Of a DNA stretch of 64,000 nt, positions 14,501 to 26,317 are shown in pieces. The DNA is taken from positions 248,001-312,000 of the forward strand of contig NMRA01000245.1 of NCBI GenBank assembly GCA_002633005.1, given 5' to 3'. The first letter of the stretch is position 1, and each line of letters begins with the position of its first letter. A program made the translations under genes and the position numbers. The notes beneath the pieces are model-generated. The model searched no databases. It was not told the origin of the DNA and saw only the letters and a list, made by a program, of their open reading frames with translations. Origin of the DNA: Phoronis australis. Taxonomy: Eukaryota > Animalia > Phoronida.

Positions 14501-14571
14501 AATGGATATAAAGGCGATGTATAAAACACCACCACTTCGTCCTTCAGGCAACATGGCACGCCGAAACCATG
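11522..14571 (+). CDS. Uncharacterised coiled-coil protein, copy A; exons 11522-11852, 12111-12185, 12400-12519, 12833-12952, 13274-14157, 14470-14571; frameshift at ~13300
   Basis: All-phase-1 GT/AG junctions keep the frame; heptad-like E/K/L/Q-rich sequence. An A8 run at 13300-13307 (9 nt, AACAACAAA, in copy B) shifts exon 5 into an immediate TGA, so this is a possible pseudogene or a homopolymer error. Confidence 0.65.
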
Positions 14572-16272
14572 GTAGGTAAACGTCACGAGTTTTTGCAGTT
14601 GAGGAGACTAAGGAATAAAATAAGTGTGTTTTCTACACAGTTGACAGGCACACCCCTTACGTACGTTTGAACGCACAAATGCAAGCATAATTAGATGCAA
14701 CGTGCGCATTGCATCGAAATGTATGCTTACTGCAACGGTCCAACCTTCGAGTGTTTCGAAAGGACATGGGGACATTCACTGGATATTGGGTCCGCATGTT
14801 GAAATTCAAACCAGACAAACTCTCTCTTTTATGTTACACGCACAAATATCTCTCTGAATGTTCCAACTGTGTCGACTTGGCTTGTGAGGCCCAACTATTT
14901 TTTCTTTTCAGTCAGTTTCCTAACTTCATAATTCACCAAGTTATATATCGATGGTGTCATTTATTGAGATGTGCACGTAAAATGAATGAAACCATTTCTT
15001 TCCAGGGCAAATGGCAACTGCGTCTGAAGGTGTTGCATCACTTACGTCATCGGTCCAAACCTTTTCGTGTCGTTCGGCGGCTTGAGAGCACACTCGCAAA
15101 CTTAACGCAAGAGGGAATTTGTGTTTTACGATTTTCTATTATTTCTTGTTATCATATTGACATTTACTTGATTTGTCCAATAAATGTTTAAATATTATTA
15201 CGATTCCGTATCAATATACCATATCTCGTCGAAAAGTAAGATGGATACCCTCAACTGAACGAAACAGTCGCTTCACTCATGATTTGGGCCGATTATTTTT
15301 GATCGACATATGACTCTAATAAACATAAGCACTAACTGCGTCAGAAGTAAGTTCACAGAGATGAAAAGGAGGCTGAGGTAGGCGTTATAAGGTCATTTAC
15401 GATGACGAAATACAATTACAGGGAATATGATACAGAATGCAAAATAACGATTTCCCTTTTCCCTCTTGCTCGTTTTCTGGTTCAAAATGCCACACTCCAA
15501 AGGGGCATTATGGGTTTATTGCAGAAAAACTCATTATGCGTATTTTTGCTGTATGCGTTAAACTTCTTTAAGTTGTGGATATAAGCTTTGATCAGAACGT
15601 TTTTCTGATCTTGAGCTTAATTGTCTGACAAACATTCCGTGCTGAGGTTGATCTTCCTCTTAACACAACAAGGAGCACTAAAAATGTATGCTTCCCTTTG
15701 TTCTCTATCGACGTAATAAAAACGCCGGAACAGCTACTTAACCAATTTATTATCCCCCCAAAGACATCGATGAAACAAACGATTGGCTGAAGCTGAAAAA
15801 TTAAACGTCTGGTGCACGCCGGAACAGAAACAGGGCTTGACAAAAACGGACGAAAGGATTCGACGCTAGGGGCGGCACAAGAATTTTGTTGCAAAAAAGA
15901 ACGCTTTTGTAGCTTTAGGACCCAAACAATTACTTTTAGGGAGTACAAGGCGTCTTTTTGTAAGGAATGCACCTCCCCTCCCTTCATCCTCCACGCGGGT
16001 GCCCATGTCGACCACAGGATCATCAGTAAGGAAGCGTTCACTTTAACTACGCTCGAATGGGAGGAATTTGTTGTGTGATGCAACAAGTAATGGGTCAACT
16101 TTGAGTAGAAACAACAAAGGAACTGTTTTAACCTCGACAAAACTGATATCTTTCAATACAAAAGACACAGAAATTCGTGTTGGTTGCGGCCTAAAATGAG
16201 AACTATCGTTCCAGTTTCTGAATACCCTTGACAGGTGCGAAGAAACGTTAGCTGATTCTGAATTAAGACTAT

Positions 16273-16449
16273 AAAATTAAAAACAGAACGATCGCCGCAC
16301 AAATAAAAAAGTTCACATTCAGTCAACGTTTTGTCATCAGGATGATGTCTAATGAATAGACGAAACGTTGATTGAACGTGAGCTTTTTTATTTGTGCAAC
16401 GATCGTCCGGTTTTTCATCCTACTGTGGCCAAAACCTGTTATAATTTAA
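16273..16449. mobile_element. ~177-bp palindromic insertion with 8-bp TSD (AAGACTAT); Penelope pLTR-like
   Basis: Absent from the paralogous site at ~20092-20103. Flanked by aagactat at 16265 and 16450. Inverted arms at ~16279-16335 and ~16359-16415 contain cgaaacgttg. Confidence 0.7.
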
Positions 16450-16559
16450 AAGACTATTAGGTGACGTAAAAATGAAGAACGTCACCATGACGCATTTTTC
16501 ATGTCTACCATTATGGAGACAAGTCGCAAAATGCTGTTGCGATTTTTGTGAAAAGTAGT

Positions 16560-16703
16560 ATGGGTAAATTTTTGAAGAATCTTCGAGCATGCCTGTCATG
16601 CCTGTGTTGCCAACTTTTCTGCTTGAAGAGTACGGCGATGGATGAAGACAAAGAGAGTCTTGAAAATGAGGCAAGTGAAAATTCAACACTAAAATGGGAA
16701 TAA
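16560..16703 (+). CDS. Small ORF MGKFLKNLRACLSCLCCQLFC..., 47 aa, putative lipid-anchored peptide (copy 1)
   Basis: ATG-Gly start, Cys cluster, acidic tail; the first 26 residues are identical to copy 2. Confidence 0.35.
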   Translation: MGKFLKNLRACLSCLCCQLFCLKSTAMDEDKESLENEASENSTLKWE

Positions 16704-16879
16704 TTTTGGCCACGGATTCGAAAAGACCGTGGAGAGGGAGTGCATGAAATGTATTCTTCATAGAATAGTTTAGCTTTACTGAGACAGTTACGGAAATATG
16801 AGCTAAAGTTTAAAATGAAAATTGTCGTGCGCATTTGAAACTTGAAAACATGAAGGTTTTTTTTATTGTGAACGCAGAC

Positions 16880-18975
16880 TTTTAGCTTTTTAATTTAAAA
16901 GATTGGACCAAAAGGAAAACTAAATCACCTAGGGATGACCAAGTAATCGATCTACATGTCTTGATTGGATAAAGTGAACATTTAGTGAAAAAGTTTTACG
17001 TTTAATTGAGTCATTATTGTTATCCTATGAAAATCAGAACCAACTTGATGTAGTGCACCAATTAATTTAAGAAATTGATTCCTTGCTGGACTACAAGGAT
17101 TATTATCCGAGTCGTAAACTATGAAAGTATTTTTAAAGGAATCAGCCTTAATGGAATTCGGAACTTAAGGATTTGTGGAAAATTTTAAAAGACGTTGAGA
17201 AACAACTTTCAAGAAGTCAAAGAGGACGCGGCAATTATTTCTGTCTGCTCAATATAAATTTGACAAGAAACTAAAATGCGCGAAACGCTATCAGTTAAAG
17301 GTTCAGATTGAAATTGAGAATTTGAGTACTGAAAATCCTAAGGATTTCTGAGCATATATTAAAATTAAAAAACTGGGACCAAAACAGTTTAGCGAAGTTC
17401 CCCTGAAAGTCTTGGATTCAAATAGTGAAGTAAACTCTGTTATAAATAAATGGAACAGTGATTACAGACAATTATTTAAATGCACTTCTGAAAATACACC
17501 ATTTGATGATGAATTTTATTTGAAAACATTGAATTTGTGCAAGCAGCTAGAAAATGATTGTTCTAAAATAATTGATCATGGCTTGAATTGTGAAATCTAT
17601 AACTGATGAGGTTAGAAATGTTGTTATGAAAACAAAGAATAACAAAGTCGTCGGCTATGACTATATAACTTATGAGGTGTTAAGTTTCGAAACTGTTGTT
17701 GTTTTTCAAACCCAGTTATTCAATGAATCTTTAAACGTTGACTAATGCCTTCTGACTGGTATAAGGCAAATATAATCCCGATACCTAAGAATTCTACAGA
17801 CGACCCTATATTACCCTTGAACTACCGTGGGATTAGTCTTCTTTCAAATATTTATAAAATCTTAAGTGCTGTGTTGAATAATAGATTTTTGGGTTTCTGT
17901 GAACATAACAATAGTTTAGTTGACTAGCAAAATTGTTTTCGAAGCCAACGGTCCTGTATTGATCACTTATATGTCATTTATTCAAACAAGAAAGTCGTCT
18001 AACCTGTCTACATTTGTGATATTTTTGGACATAAAAAAAGCTTTTGACTGTTTTATAAATTATTGCAAAATAATATTAATGGTAGAATGTATGATGCAAT
18101 TCGTATGATTTACAGAAGTCCGTTGAAGTGTATAAGATTAAATGGCACTCTGTATAGTGGTTCGTTCATTCATGAAAATGGTGTCCATCAGGGGGGGGGG
18201 GCATTTTATCACCGACACTCTCTGCTTCATATATAAATGACTTAGCTCTGGACAAAAAAAAATTGGGTAAAGGTGTCAAATGTGGCCCGAACAATATTTC
18301 AGTGCTTCTTTATGCCGACGATATTGCACTTTTGTCTGAGAATGAAAATGACATGCAAGATATGTTGAAGGTTTTAAATAACGAGGAGAATGGTTGTAAA
18401 CATGGCAAAAACTAATGTCCATTTTCGAGCTAAGTCTATGCCTAGAAGCAATTTTAAATTTATTTTGAACAGTGTCATCTGTTATAAATCCTCATACAAA
18501 TATTTGGGCTGTATTCTGGATCAACACCTTGACTTCAATAAAAATTGAATACGTTATCTGAAGCTTCTGGTAGAGCGTTAGGGAAGATATGCTCAACATT
18601 CCGTGATAACAAGAATCTAGGATTCGAAACGTTTCAAACATTATTTAATTCGTGTGCACCAATTTGGATTACGTGTCATCTATTTGGGGTTACAAAAATT
18701 TTGGTAATGATGAAAATATTCAAAACAGAGCTATGCGTTTTTATTTAGGGGTCAACCAATTTACAGCCACTCATACTCGGTTAGTGGCGATATGGGGTGG
18801 GACTCCACTGGAAATACATTTAAATTGAATAAGCTGCGTCTTTGGAGCAAACTAGGGACCACAGGTGGTGACAGGTTACTGGTATTTCTATGGGAACACT
18901 CTGTTGGTAGAAATGGTTGGATAGACGGAATCAAAAATTTGTTTATACCATAACTGGCATGCAATCTTGAACACA
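16880..18975 (+). mobile_element. Degenerate non-LTR retrotransposon (L2/CR1-group-like) ORF2, reverse transcriptase region
   Basis: RT motifs WYKANIIPIPK...NYRGISLLSNIYKIL, FLDIKKAFD, GVHQG..LSPTL, YADD (18310-18321) and YKYLG; many stops and frameshifts. Confidence 0.9.
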
Positions 18976-19004
18976 TTTAAAATTGGTTTGTCTATTAACC
19001 TCTT

Positions 19005-20412
19005 TAAATATTATTATGATCCCGTATTAATATACTAGTACAAAATAACTCGAAAAGCAAGACGAATACCCTCAACTCTATCAAGCCGTCAATGTTTGCT
19101 CACGCGCGATTGGGACCCATTATTTTTTTATTTGGTGCTTTTAATTTTGCATGTACCTTTCTTTTTACTGTACAAATTTACTTTCATTTCCACTTAAATT
19201 CTACACTGTTCGTTTTTTTTTCTTCCAAATTCTCTCCCATACATCCGGGCCTTTCTTCCATTTCCCCATTCCCCTTTTCCCTCTTGCTCGTTTTCTGGTT
19301 TAAAATGCCACACTCCAAAGGGGCATTATGGGTTTATTGTAGAAAAACTCATTTTGGGTATTTTTGTTGTATGGGTTAAACTTCTTTAAGTTGTGGATAT
19401 AAGCTTCGATCAGAACGTTTTTCTGATCTTGAGCTTAATTGTCTCACACACATTCAGTGCTGAGGTAGTTCCTTTTAACACAACAAGTAGGAGCGCCTAA
19501 CCATGTATGCTTCCCCTTGGTCTTCATATACGTAACAAAAACACTGGAACAGCTAGTTAACCAATTTATTTTCCTCCAAAGACATCGAAGAAACAAACGA
19601 TTGGTGGAAGCTGAAAAATTAAACGTCTGATGCACAAACAGGACATGACAAAAGCATACCAAAGGATTCGACGCTAGGGGCGCCACAAGAATTTTCTTGC
19701 AGAAAAATGAACCGTTTTGTAGCGTTACATCCCAAAAAGAATCATTCTGTAGGGAGTTCAAGGCAGCTTTTAGTAAGGACGACACCTGCCCTCCCTCCAT
19801 CCTCAAAATGTCCTCGCGGGTGCCCATGTCGACCACAGAATCATCAGTAAGGAAGCGTTCACTTTAACTACGCTCTAAGGGGAGGTATTTTTTGTGTGAT
19901 GCAGCAAGTAACGGGTCAACTTTGAGTGGAAACAACAAAGCAAGTGTTTTAACCTAGACAAAACTGATATCTTTTCATACAAAAGACACAGATTCTTTGA
20001 TTCGTGTTGGTTGTGGCCTAAAATGCGAAATATCGTTTCATGTTCTCGTTCTCCTTGCCAGCTGAGACCAACTGTTAGCTGCTTCTGAATTAAGACTATA
20101 AAGTGACGTAAAAATGAAAAACGTCACCATGACGCATTTTTCATGTCTGCTATTATGGAGACAAGTCGCAAAAAGCTGTTGCGATTTTTGTGAAAACTGA
20201 TATGGGTAAATTTTTGAAGAATCTTCGAGCATGCTTGTCATGCCTGTGTTGTCAACTTTTCTGCTTGAAGAGTACGGCGATAGATGAAGACAATGAGAAT
20301 TTTGAAAATGAGGCAAGTGAAAATCTAAGAAACGGGAATAATTTTGGCCACGGATTCGCACAGACCGTGGCTCCCTCTAGTGGAGAGGAAGTACATGAAA
20401 TGTAGTTTAGCT
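19005..20412. repeat. Duplicated cassette copy 2
   Basis: Colinear with 15190-16775; lacks the 16273-16449 insertion. Confidence 0.85.
20202..20405 (+). CDS. Small ORF MGKFLKNLRACLSCLCCQLFC..., 67 aa, putative lipid-anchored peptide (copy 2)
   Basis: Open frame from ATG 20202; TATAAA and TGACGT ~100 nt upstream (20097-20108). Confidence 0.4.
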   Translation: MGKFLKNLRACLSCLCCQLFCLKSTAIDEDNENFENEASENLRNGNNFGHGFAQTVAPSSGEEVHEM

Positions 20413-20413
20413 A

Positions 20414-21073
20414 GATAGACGGGATCAAAAATTTGTTTAAGATAACTGGCATGCAAACCTGTTTTCAAAATTTGACTACTTGTAACATAGCAAATGCTAG
20501 AAACAAACTATTTGAATACTCGAAACATGCTTGGGCTGAGTCTGTTGTAACAAACTACATTTTATTTAAGCACGAGTTTTTAAGTAAACCATATGTAAAG
20601 CTTAATTTATCTCGTTCCGTGCGAGATGTTTTGGCTCAGCTTAGAGCAGGAAATCTCTCATTGCACTGGTCGTTATGTTAACGCTCCTGTAAATGAAAGA
20701 CTTTGTTTTTGTTGTGATTCTGGCTCTGTGGAGGATGAGCTACACTTTGTATTTGATTGTTCTCTTTATAACTCACGGAGGTCTATTCTGTTTAATAATG
20801 TTTCACTTCAAATCCCGAACTTTGTAGATTTCAGTAGATTAGATACGTTAAAACTGCTGTTTCAGTATTTCCGTAGGGAATTTGCCAAACAAATCAAGTC
20901 TGCTTTTGAACTTAGAAACCGACGCATTTTTGGTAGGCCTAGATCTGAGTTGTGTGGTTAAAGTGACTAATAAGCCCAACTGGGCTGGATACTTAACTTT
21001 TTACGAATGTTATACCTATAACTGGTTGAAAAAATTGTGCTTGTCACTATAATAAATAAATACAATACAATAC
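20414..21073 (+). mobile_element. 3' end of the same LINE (C-terminal CCHC region and tail)
   Basis: LAQLRAGNLSL ... ERLCFCCDSGSVEDELHFVFDCSLY zinc knuckle; ends in aataaa(taca)/(ATACA)n tandem tail; overlaps 18920-18964 by ~43 nt. Confidence 0.85.
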
Positions 21074-21735
21074 AGAGACAAGTCAAAACCGTACTACATA
21101 CCATAATTTTAAAATGAGGCATTGTAGACGCAAATGACACCGAGACACGGGCCGCTGTGACTACGAAAGAATAGACTAAAATCTTTGATGTTATGTCAAA
21201 TTTTGTTCGATTCGTTTGACTTTATTCTATCTGACTACATCAAAATCGTCGCGGGTTTCTTCGTCAAGTTAACAATACATGAGTCGGCTATTCACACTTT
21301 CAAAAAATGACATTTCCTAATATTTTCAAACGTGTACGGACAGTGCAGATCTGCAGACAATAGGTGGTCTTGGAAATAGTTAAAGAGAATCTCAATATCG
21401 TAGTTTATGCAAAATATACCTGAAAGACAGTATTCACGAAACCTCCTTAGGATTGATCGAATTCATGGAGAGGAGTTGTTTTAATTTACCATGTTCAGAT
21501 TAGTGAATCGGGACAGGAAAGATCGAATATTACTCATTACGTTCACGTGCTTACAAAGAGTAAAATAATATTTCTGATGACTGTTCAAGAAAAAAAGGCC
21601 TATATAACATAATATTCGAGAGATGTCATATTCCGAAAACCAAGAAAATTATTTGCTTGAAGTTTTTTCAAATAATGCTTTATGACTTCCATAGGATTTG
21701 CATGATCATGTCACTTTTATACGAACAATATTTCA

Positions 21736-22222
21736 GTTGTTCAGTGAAGCTGTTGAGCACACGTCTGCAGAAAACGTCGCTTTTGATGACATAGCGAGCA
21801 CAAGAAAGAATGCGGTTAGGGCCGTAAGTCTTCCCCTGACTACAGTGGCGAGTATCTCCATGAAACTCCCGCAGGTGTCGTTTGGCTTCATCCAGTTGCT
21901 GAAGCCTGTGTCTCTAGTCCAGTTCTTTACTAGCGGCGTAAAATATATGACAGATGCTTTGATGGCGAGGAAATTCAACCTACTGAACCGTCTCTCTCGT
22001 TCTTTCCCGCTGTATTTCCAAAGAATTGGATTTCAAATCCGTCGTCAAGTGGGCGTATACTACGGCGAGTTTTGTTGTAATGTGCGTGGCGTCAAATTAA
22101 AAATGAAGTATAGAACAATATCGTGCATCACCAAAACAAGGATTGCGATTGAGCGAACTGTGTTGAAGGACGGCATCATACACCGAACAACATCGTGCTT
22201 CGCTTCATTCACTCCGTCATTC
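21736..22222 (+). CDS. Probable upstream exon of the divergent kinase gene (unknown domain), runs into gap
   Basis: tttcag acceptor at ~21735 followed by >160 open codons up to the N-gap, on the same strand immediately 5' of the kinase exon. Confidence 0.4.
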
Positions 22223-22574
22223 NNNNNNNNNNNNNNNNNNNNNNNNNNNNNNNNNNNNNNNNNNNNNNNNNNNNNNNNNNNNNNNNNNNNNNNNNNNNNN
22301 NNNNNNNNNNNNNNNNNNNNNNNNNNNNNNNNNNNNNNNNNNNNNNNNNNNNNNNNNNNNNNNNNNNNNNNNNNNNNNNNNNNNNNNNNNNNNNNNNNNN
22401 NNNNNNNNNNNNNNNNNNNNNNNNNNNNNNNNNNNNNNNNNNNNNNNNNNNNNNNNNNNNNNNNNNNNNNNNNNNNNNNNNNATCTAGAACCATCTGTGC
22501 TGTGTGCTTCTTCATATTTTTCGTATCACGGCTCTGAATATATTATCTCTAAACGAGTTTTTCCCTCTTCACAG

Positions 22575-24346
22575 TTACCAAATGCGAGACGACGGCGATT
22601 TCTCCATCGTCGGCATAGGACGTTCGGGCTATGTCTATCTTGGGAATTTCTTAAATGTCGCTACGGGTATTGAGCAAAAAGCTTGTATAAAAAACTACCT
22701 CTACGACAACAGGGAAGCTGTAGCTGAGGTGGAGTACCAATGTCTACAGGTTCTTGCTCCCTACAAATGCGTCCCCAAACCCTTTGGGATGTTTCTGACA
22801 CCAACGGTAGACAAGGAAGATACGCCGACACTTGGAATCGTCATGGAATTCATAGAAGGCTCTACACTCGCTGATTACATAGACGAGCGTCTTAAAAACG
22901 CTGATGAGGTGGCGATGCCGATTCCCGAAATTGTGAAGGTCTTACTGCAAGCCGCTAAAGCAGTCCATTGTGCCCACAAGCGAGACATACTGATCAATGA
23001 TTTCCACACCGAGAATGTGATGGTGGAACGAGAAACCAAAAGCGTGAAACTAATTGATTTTGGTCATGCAACCATTAAGAAAGGTTATTGGTTAGTATTT
23101 TTTTCAATTTAAAGTGGCATCAAATTCGTGCTTTTTGTCAAAAACTAAGATTCTGTTTGGGCCAGGTAGCATTGTAACAGTGGTCTCACATTGTTTCTTG
23201 GTCAAAGACTATTTCTTCGAAAGAACTGGACGTACGTTATGGCTTGTGACCAAGCTCATACATGTTCGTGGCACTCTGTGGCCTGAATATGATCTTAGAT
23301 TGGTCGGAAGAAATTACGGTTTGTCAGTTTTTCTCGAGTGAGGACCTATGTAAGTTTGAGCTCATTTTATATGGGCAAGTGTTCTAAATCAAAACATGTT
23401 TTGGCAGAAAGCACGGCTTTAGTGCCGTCTTCAAGAGCAAACGATGTTTCGAAATATTGCTCTTCATTTGACGTCGTAACGAAAATCGTGATTGTGGCAG
23501 AGCCTGATTATTTATGTGGCTATTTTAAAGACGTGTCGTATTGCTGACTTATAATTTCAAGACTGAAATTCAATTATTTTTCAATTGATCACTTTCTCGT
23601 TTAGGCTACAAGCATTAAACAAATCGAAATTGGGAGCTTGTACAAGTATTGCGTTTGCAATATTTAGTTAGACCGGACCATTGGGAAGGTTTTGTACGTT
23701 CGTGATTGACGGACTATTTACTGTTGAGGCTCAACTTGCTTGCAGTATAACTTGCTGTCTCGTGACCTAATACATCTTGGCCGGGCTTTGGAATCCCACT
23801 GGCTTGCCACGGCAGATTGTTTTGTACGCTGCCCTTTGTTTTAACAACTAGTACAAGATTAGTTCTCTCTGCCATTCCTAGAAACCGTTTGAATACTCAT
23901 TGGAAAGTGGTCTAAAGCAAAAATTACTATCACTGACAGCACGCTCTTAAACAACTTTTAGACAACTTGTTACGATAAGACGCCTCTCGGCTCATTCATT
24001 AATAGTGGTTTTTACTCAGTCTCTACTGGAAGTTGTCTTTTCATTCAGCTACGGTGTCATTGCTCGCCGAAAGTGGAGTCACCTGGCGCCAGAGGTGCAA
24101 GATGGTGAGATTACTTCGGTACGGACGGACGTCTACTCGTTCGGAACAGCCATTGTAGCCATTTGCCACGCCGTGCGGAAGCGAATGCCAATCATTTACC
24201 TCAACGTCATCAATGAGCTTTTAGATTTTGGCCAACAATGCCGGTCTGAAGATGTCAACAATCGACCAAGAAATATGTTGTCTGTCGTAAAGAAGATTAA
24301 GAAACTTTCAAGAACGGCGACTATGATTCAAAAACTGTTCCCGTAA
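22575..24346 (+). CDS. Divergent Ser/Thr-type protein kinase domain; exons 22575-23090 and 24049-24346
   Basis: G-loop GIGRSGYVY, ACIK, helix-C Glu (AEVEY), hinge MEFIEG, catalytic loop INDFHTEN, DFG, APE, DVYSFG and terminal RP; a phase-2 intron joins TG|C in frame. Confidence 0.85.
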
Positions 24347-24794
24347 TTTAATACGGAATCTGTTTCAATTCTGTTTTTTCAATATTTATGGTAATAAATG
24401 GCTTGAATAAAATTTAATTCTTTGCAATGTTTTTTTACACGAGAATATTGCGTGTTTCAAGGAGAAGCGTTTCAATGATTGTAACGCAGTAGGCATCATC
24501 GTCATCATCGTCATCATCATCGTCACCACTATAGTCGTCTCCACTTTACAGTCGTCCACGTTATGATAGAGCAAGCTAGTAACGCCACAGTCGATTGCTA
24601 ATAGTGTGTGCTTTTTAACCGAAGGTTTCGATAATCTTGTGACGGCAGACGTAGTCACGAGAAAATTAAACGAGAGTTTAACTCTACTGCACTCAGACTT
24701 GTATTGATGGGTAAATTGCAAAGAGACAAAGGAAAACTACTTAATACAATTCCGATACATTACGCTTGCAAAAGTAACTCATTAAGTATGTTCA

Positions 24795-25055
24795 CAAGTA
24801 CAAGACTGTTGAGAATATTATACAATAAATATGAAACGCTATTTCTTATACTTTATCACGGTAGTAAATAATCTATATGCAAAGGTAAACTTACGTCGAA
24901 ATGACCCCTGTGCAATATATGTTGAAATCCGAAGCGTGACTAAACATCTGAAGGCGCATGATAAAGGTGGCGATCAAACTTACCTTCAAATCGTTAACAT
25001 ATCAATACACGATATCTTACGGTTTTACGACAAACTAATACTCTGCCGCGCAACA
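24795..25055 (+). repeat. ~250-bp block duplicated at ~27275-27510
   Basis: Shared aagtacaag..aatattatacaataaa..gaaacgctattt..aaaggtaaacttacgtcga..tatcttacggtttt. Confidence 0.7.
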
Positions 25056-25077
25056 CACCAACACAAGCACACGCACG

Positions 25078-25078
<1 letters not shown>

Positions 25079-25130
<52 letters not shown>
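25079..25130. repeat. (CA)n microsatellite
   Basis: About 26 perfect AC units. Confidence 0.97.
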
Positions 25131-25133
<3 letters not shown>

Positions 25134-25289
25134 AGAAGTAAAATACAGGAACGTATCTTGAAACGTGGATCTTGTAGCACCAAGAGCAAACAAAAACGTA
25201 AAGCCAAACAATTACACAAAAACTTTGACACTTTGAATGAGTTCGAAAACATATATGGGTCTTTAATTAAGCGGTTAGAAGAGATTTTG

Positions 25290-25900
25290 ATTTATTGATT
25301 TAACATCGACTGACCACAAAAATAATACAATACCTAAAATATAAATCAATTTATTTCTGAAATAAAGGCCATAGGCCCACTGTACAAAAGAGTAACTTGT
25401 AACATACTTAAGAGTGCAGCAGAGCTATCACGGAGATAAAAAGCATAAAATATATATTTACAATAGATTAACTAATTTAGCATCATCACCAGTAGCGCAC
25501 TTCAATAAAATTTTCTCTCAGTTCAGAATATATATCACAGCTTAGAAGGATATAATACTCGTCTTCCACAATATTGGGGCAGAAGGGACACACTCTGCTT
25601 GCCCTATCCAAATTCAAGTGCCTGTCTACCTCAATCATGAGACTGTGACTGGAACAACGAAAACGTGCCATGGACATAATTTGTGCACTGGGTATACTCA
25701 AACCTAAAAAGTCCAATTTGAATTCATTTTAAATTGACTATAAATACACAGTTTAAGAATTACTCTCAACACTTTGTCTCCGTCCTTGCAAATAACAATC
25801 CCTTATTCGCTGTCTAAAAACTAACAGAAAAGTATTTTCACACACAACGCCTTGATTTAACCAAACTTGCTGGAATCCATAATTTGACAATATGATGTGG
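25290..25900 (-). mobile_element. 3'-terminal LINE fragment
   Basis: ARFRCSSHSLMIEVDRH...RVCPFCPNIVEDEYYILLSCDIYSELR, the typical C-terminus of L2/CR1-group ORF2; aataaa at its 3' end (~25291). Confidence 0.8.
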
Positions 25901-26317
25901 TCCAATTTCGGGAGTATATAACACAATGATGTACAAAAACTGACGGAGACTCAAGTAAAAACTTTAACTAAAACGCACAATAATTATAAAGATGATAAGA
26001 AAAAGTAATTACTTATTTCCATCGTGGTCCATCCACTTAACATTAGAAAAAAGGTTGAATATTAAATAGAAACATAAATAAATATATGCATTGAAAAGTG
26101 TAGACAGCGAATGAAGATTCGCCTTTGTCTTGCATAATATACTCATAGCTAAGAGGTTTCCACGGAGACACGCGACACCACTCAATTTACCGAGCAAACT
26201 AGGTTGTATCGACGTCTCGTCATATTCTTGTCGGTGAAATACAGGGATTTCGCACGTATTAACACATTTTATGACACCGAAAACTAACTGGTTTTTAATA
26301 AAAACAACGAAAACGCC

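Larger units (their letters stand above)
10500..15600 (+). repeat. Segmental duplication copy A (paralogous to ~28190-33790)
   Basis: Colinear similarity over upstream region, promoter, exons, introns and 3' flank; roughly 80-90% identity by eye. Confidence 0.85.
15190..16775. repeat. Duplicated cassette copy 1 (paralogous to ~19005-20412; its 5' part also at 33260-33790)
   Basis: Direct colinear similarity, e.g. aagttgtggatataagctt, ggattcgacgctagggg, catcagtaaggaagcgttcactttaactacgctc. Confidence 0.85.

Noticed and set aside
19680-19790. LNSLQNDSFWDVTLQNGSFFCKKILVA resembles the start of a BTB domain
   Set aside because: The match is short, is not preserved in the paralogous copy and lacks the rest of the fold.
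24831-25298. 155-aa ORF with HT repeats
   Set aside because: Produced by the CA microsatellite; the paralogous block at 27275 does not keep the frame.
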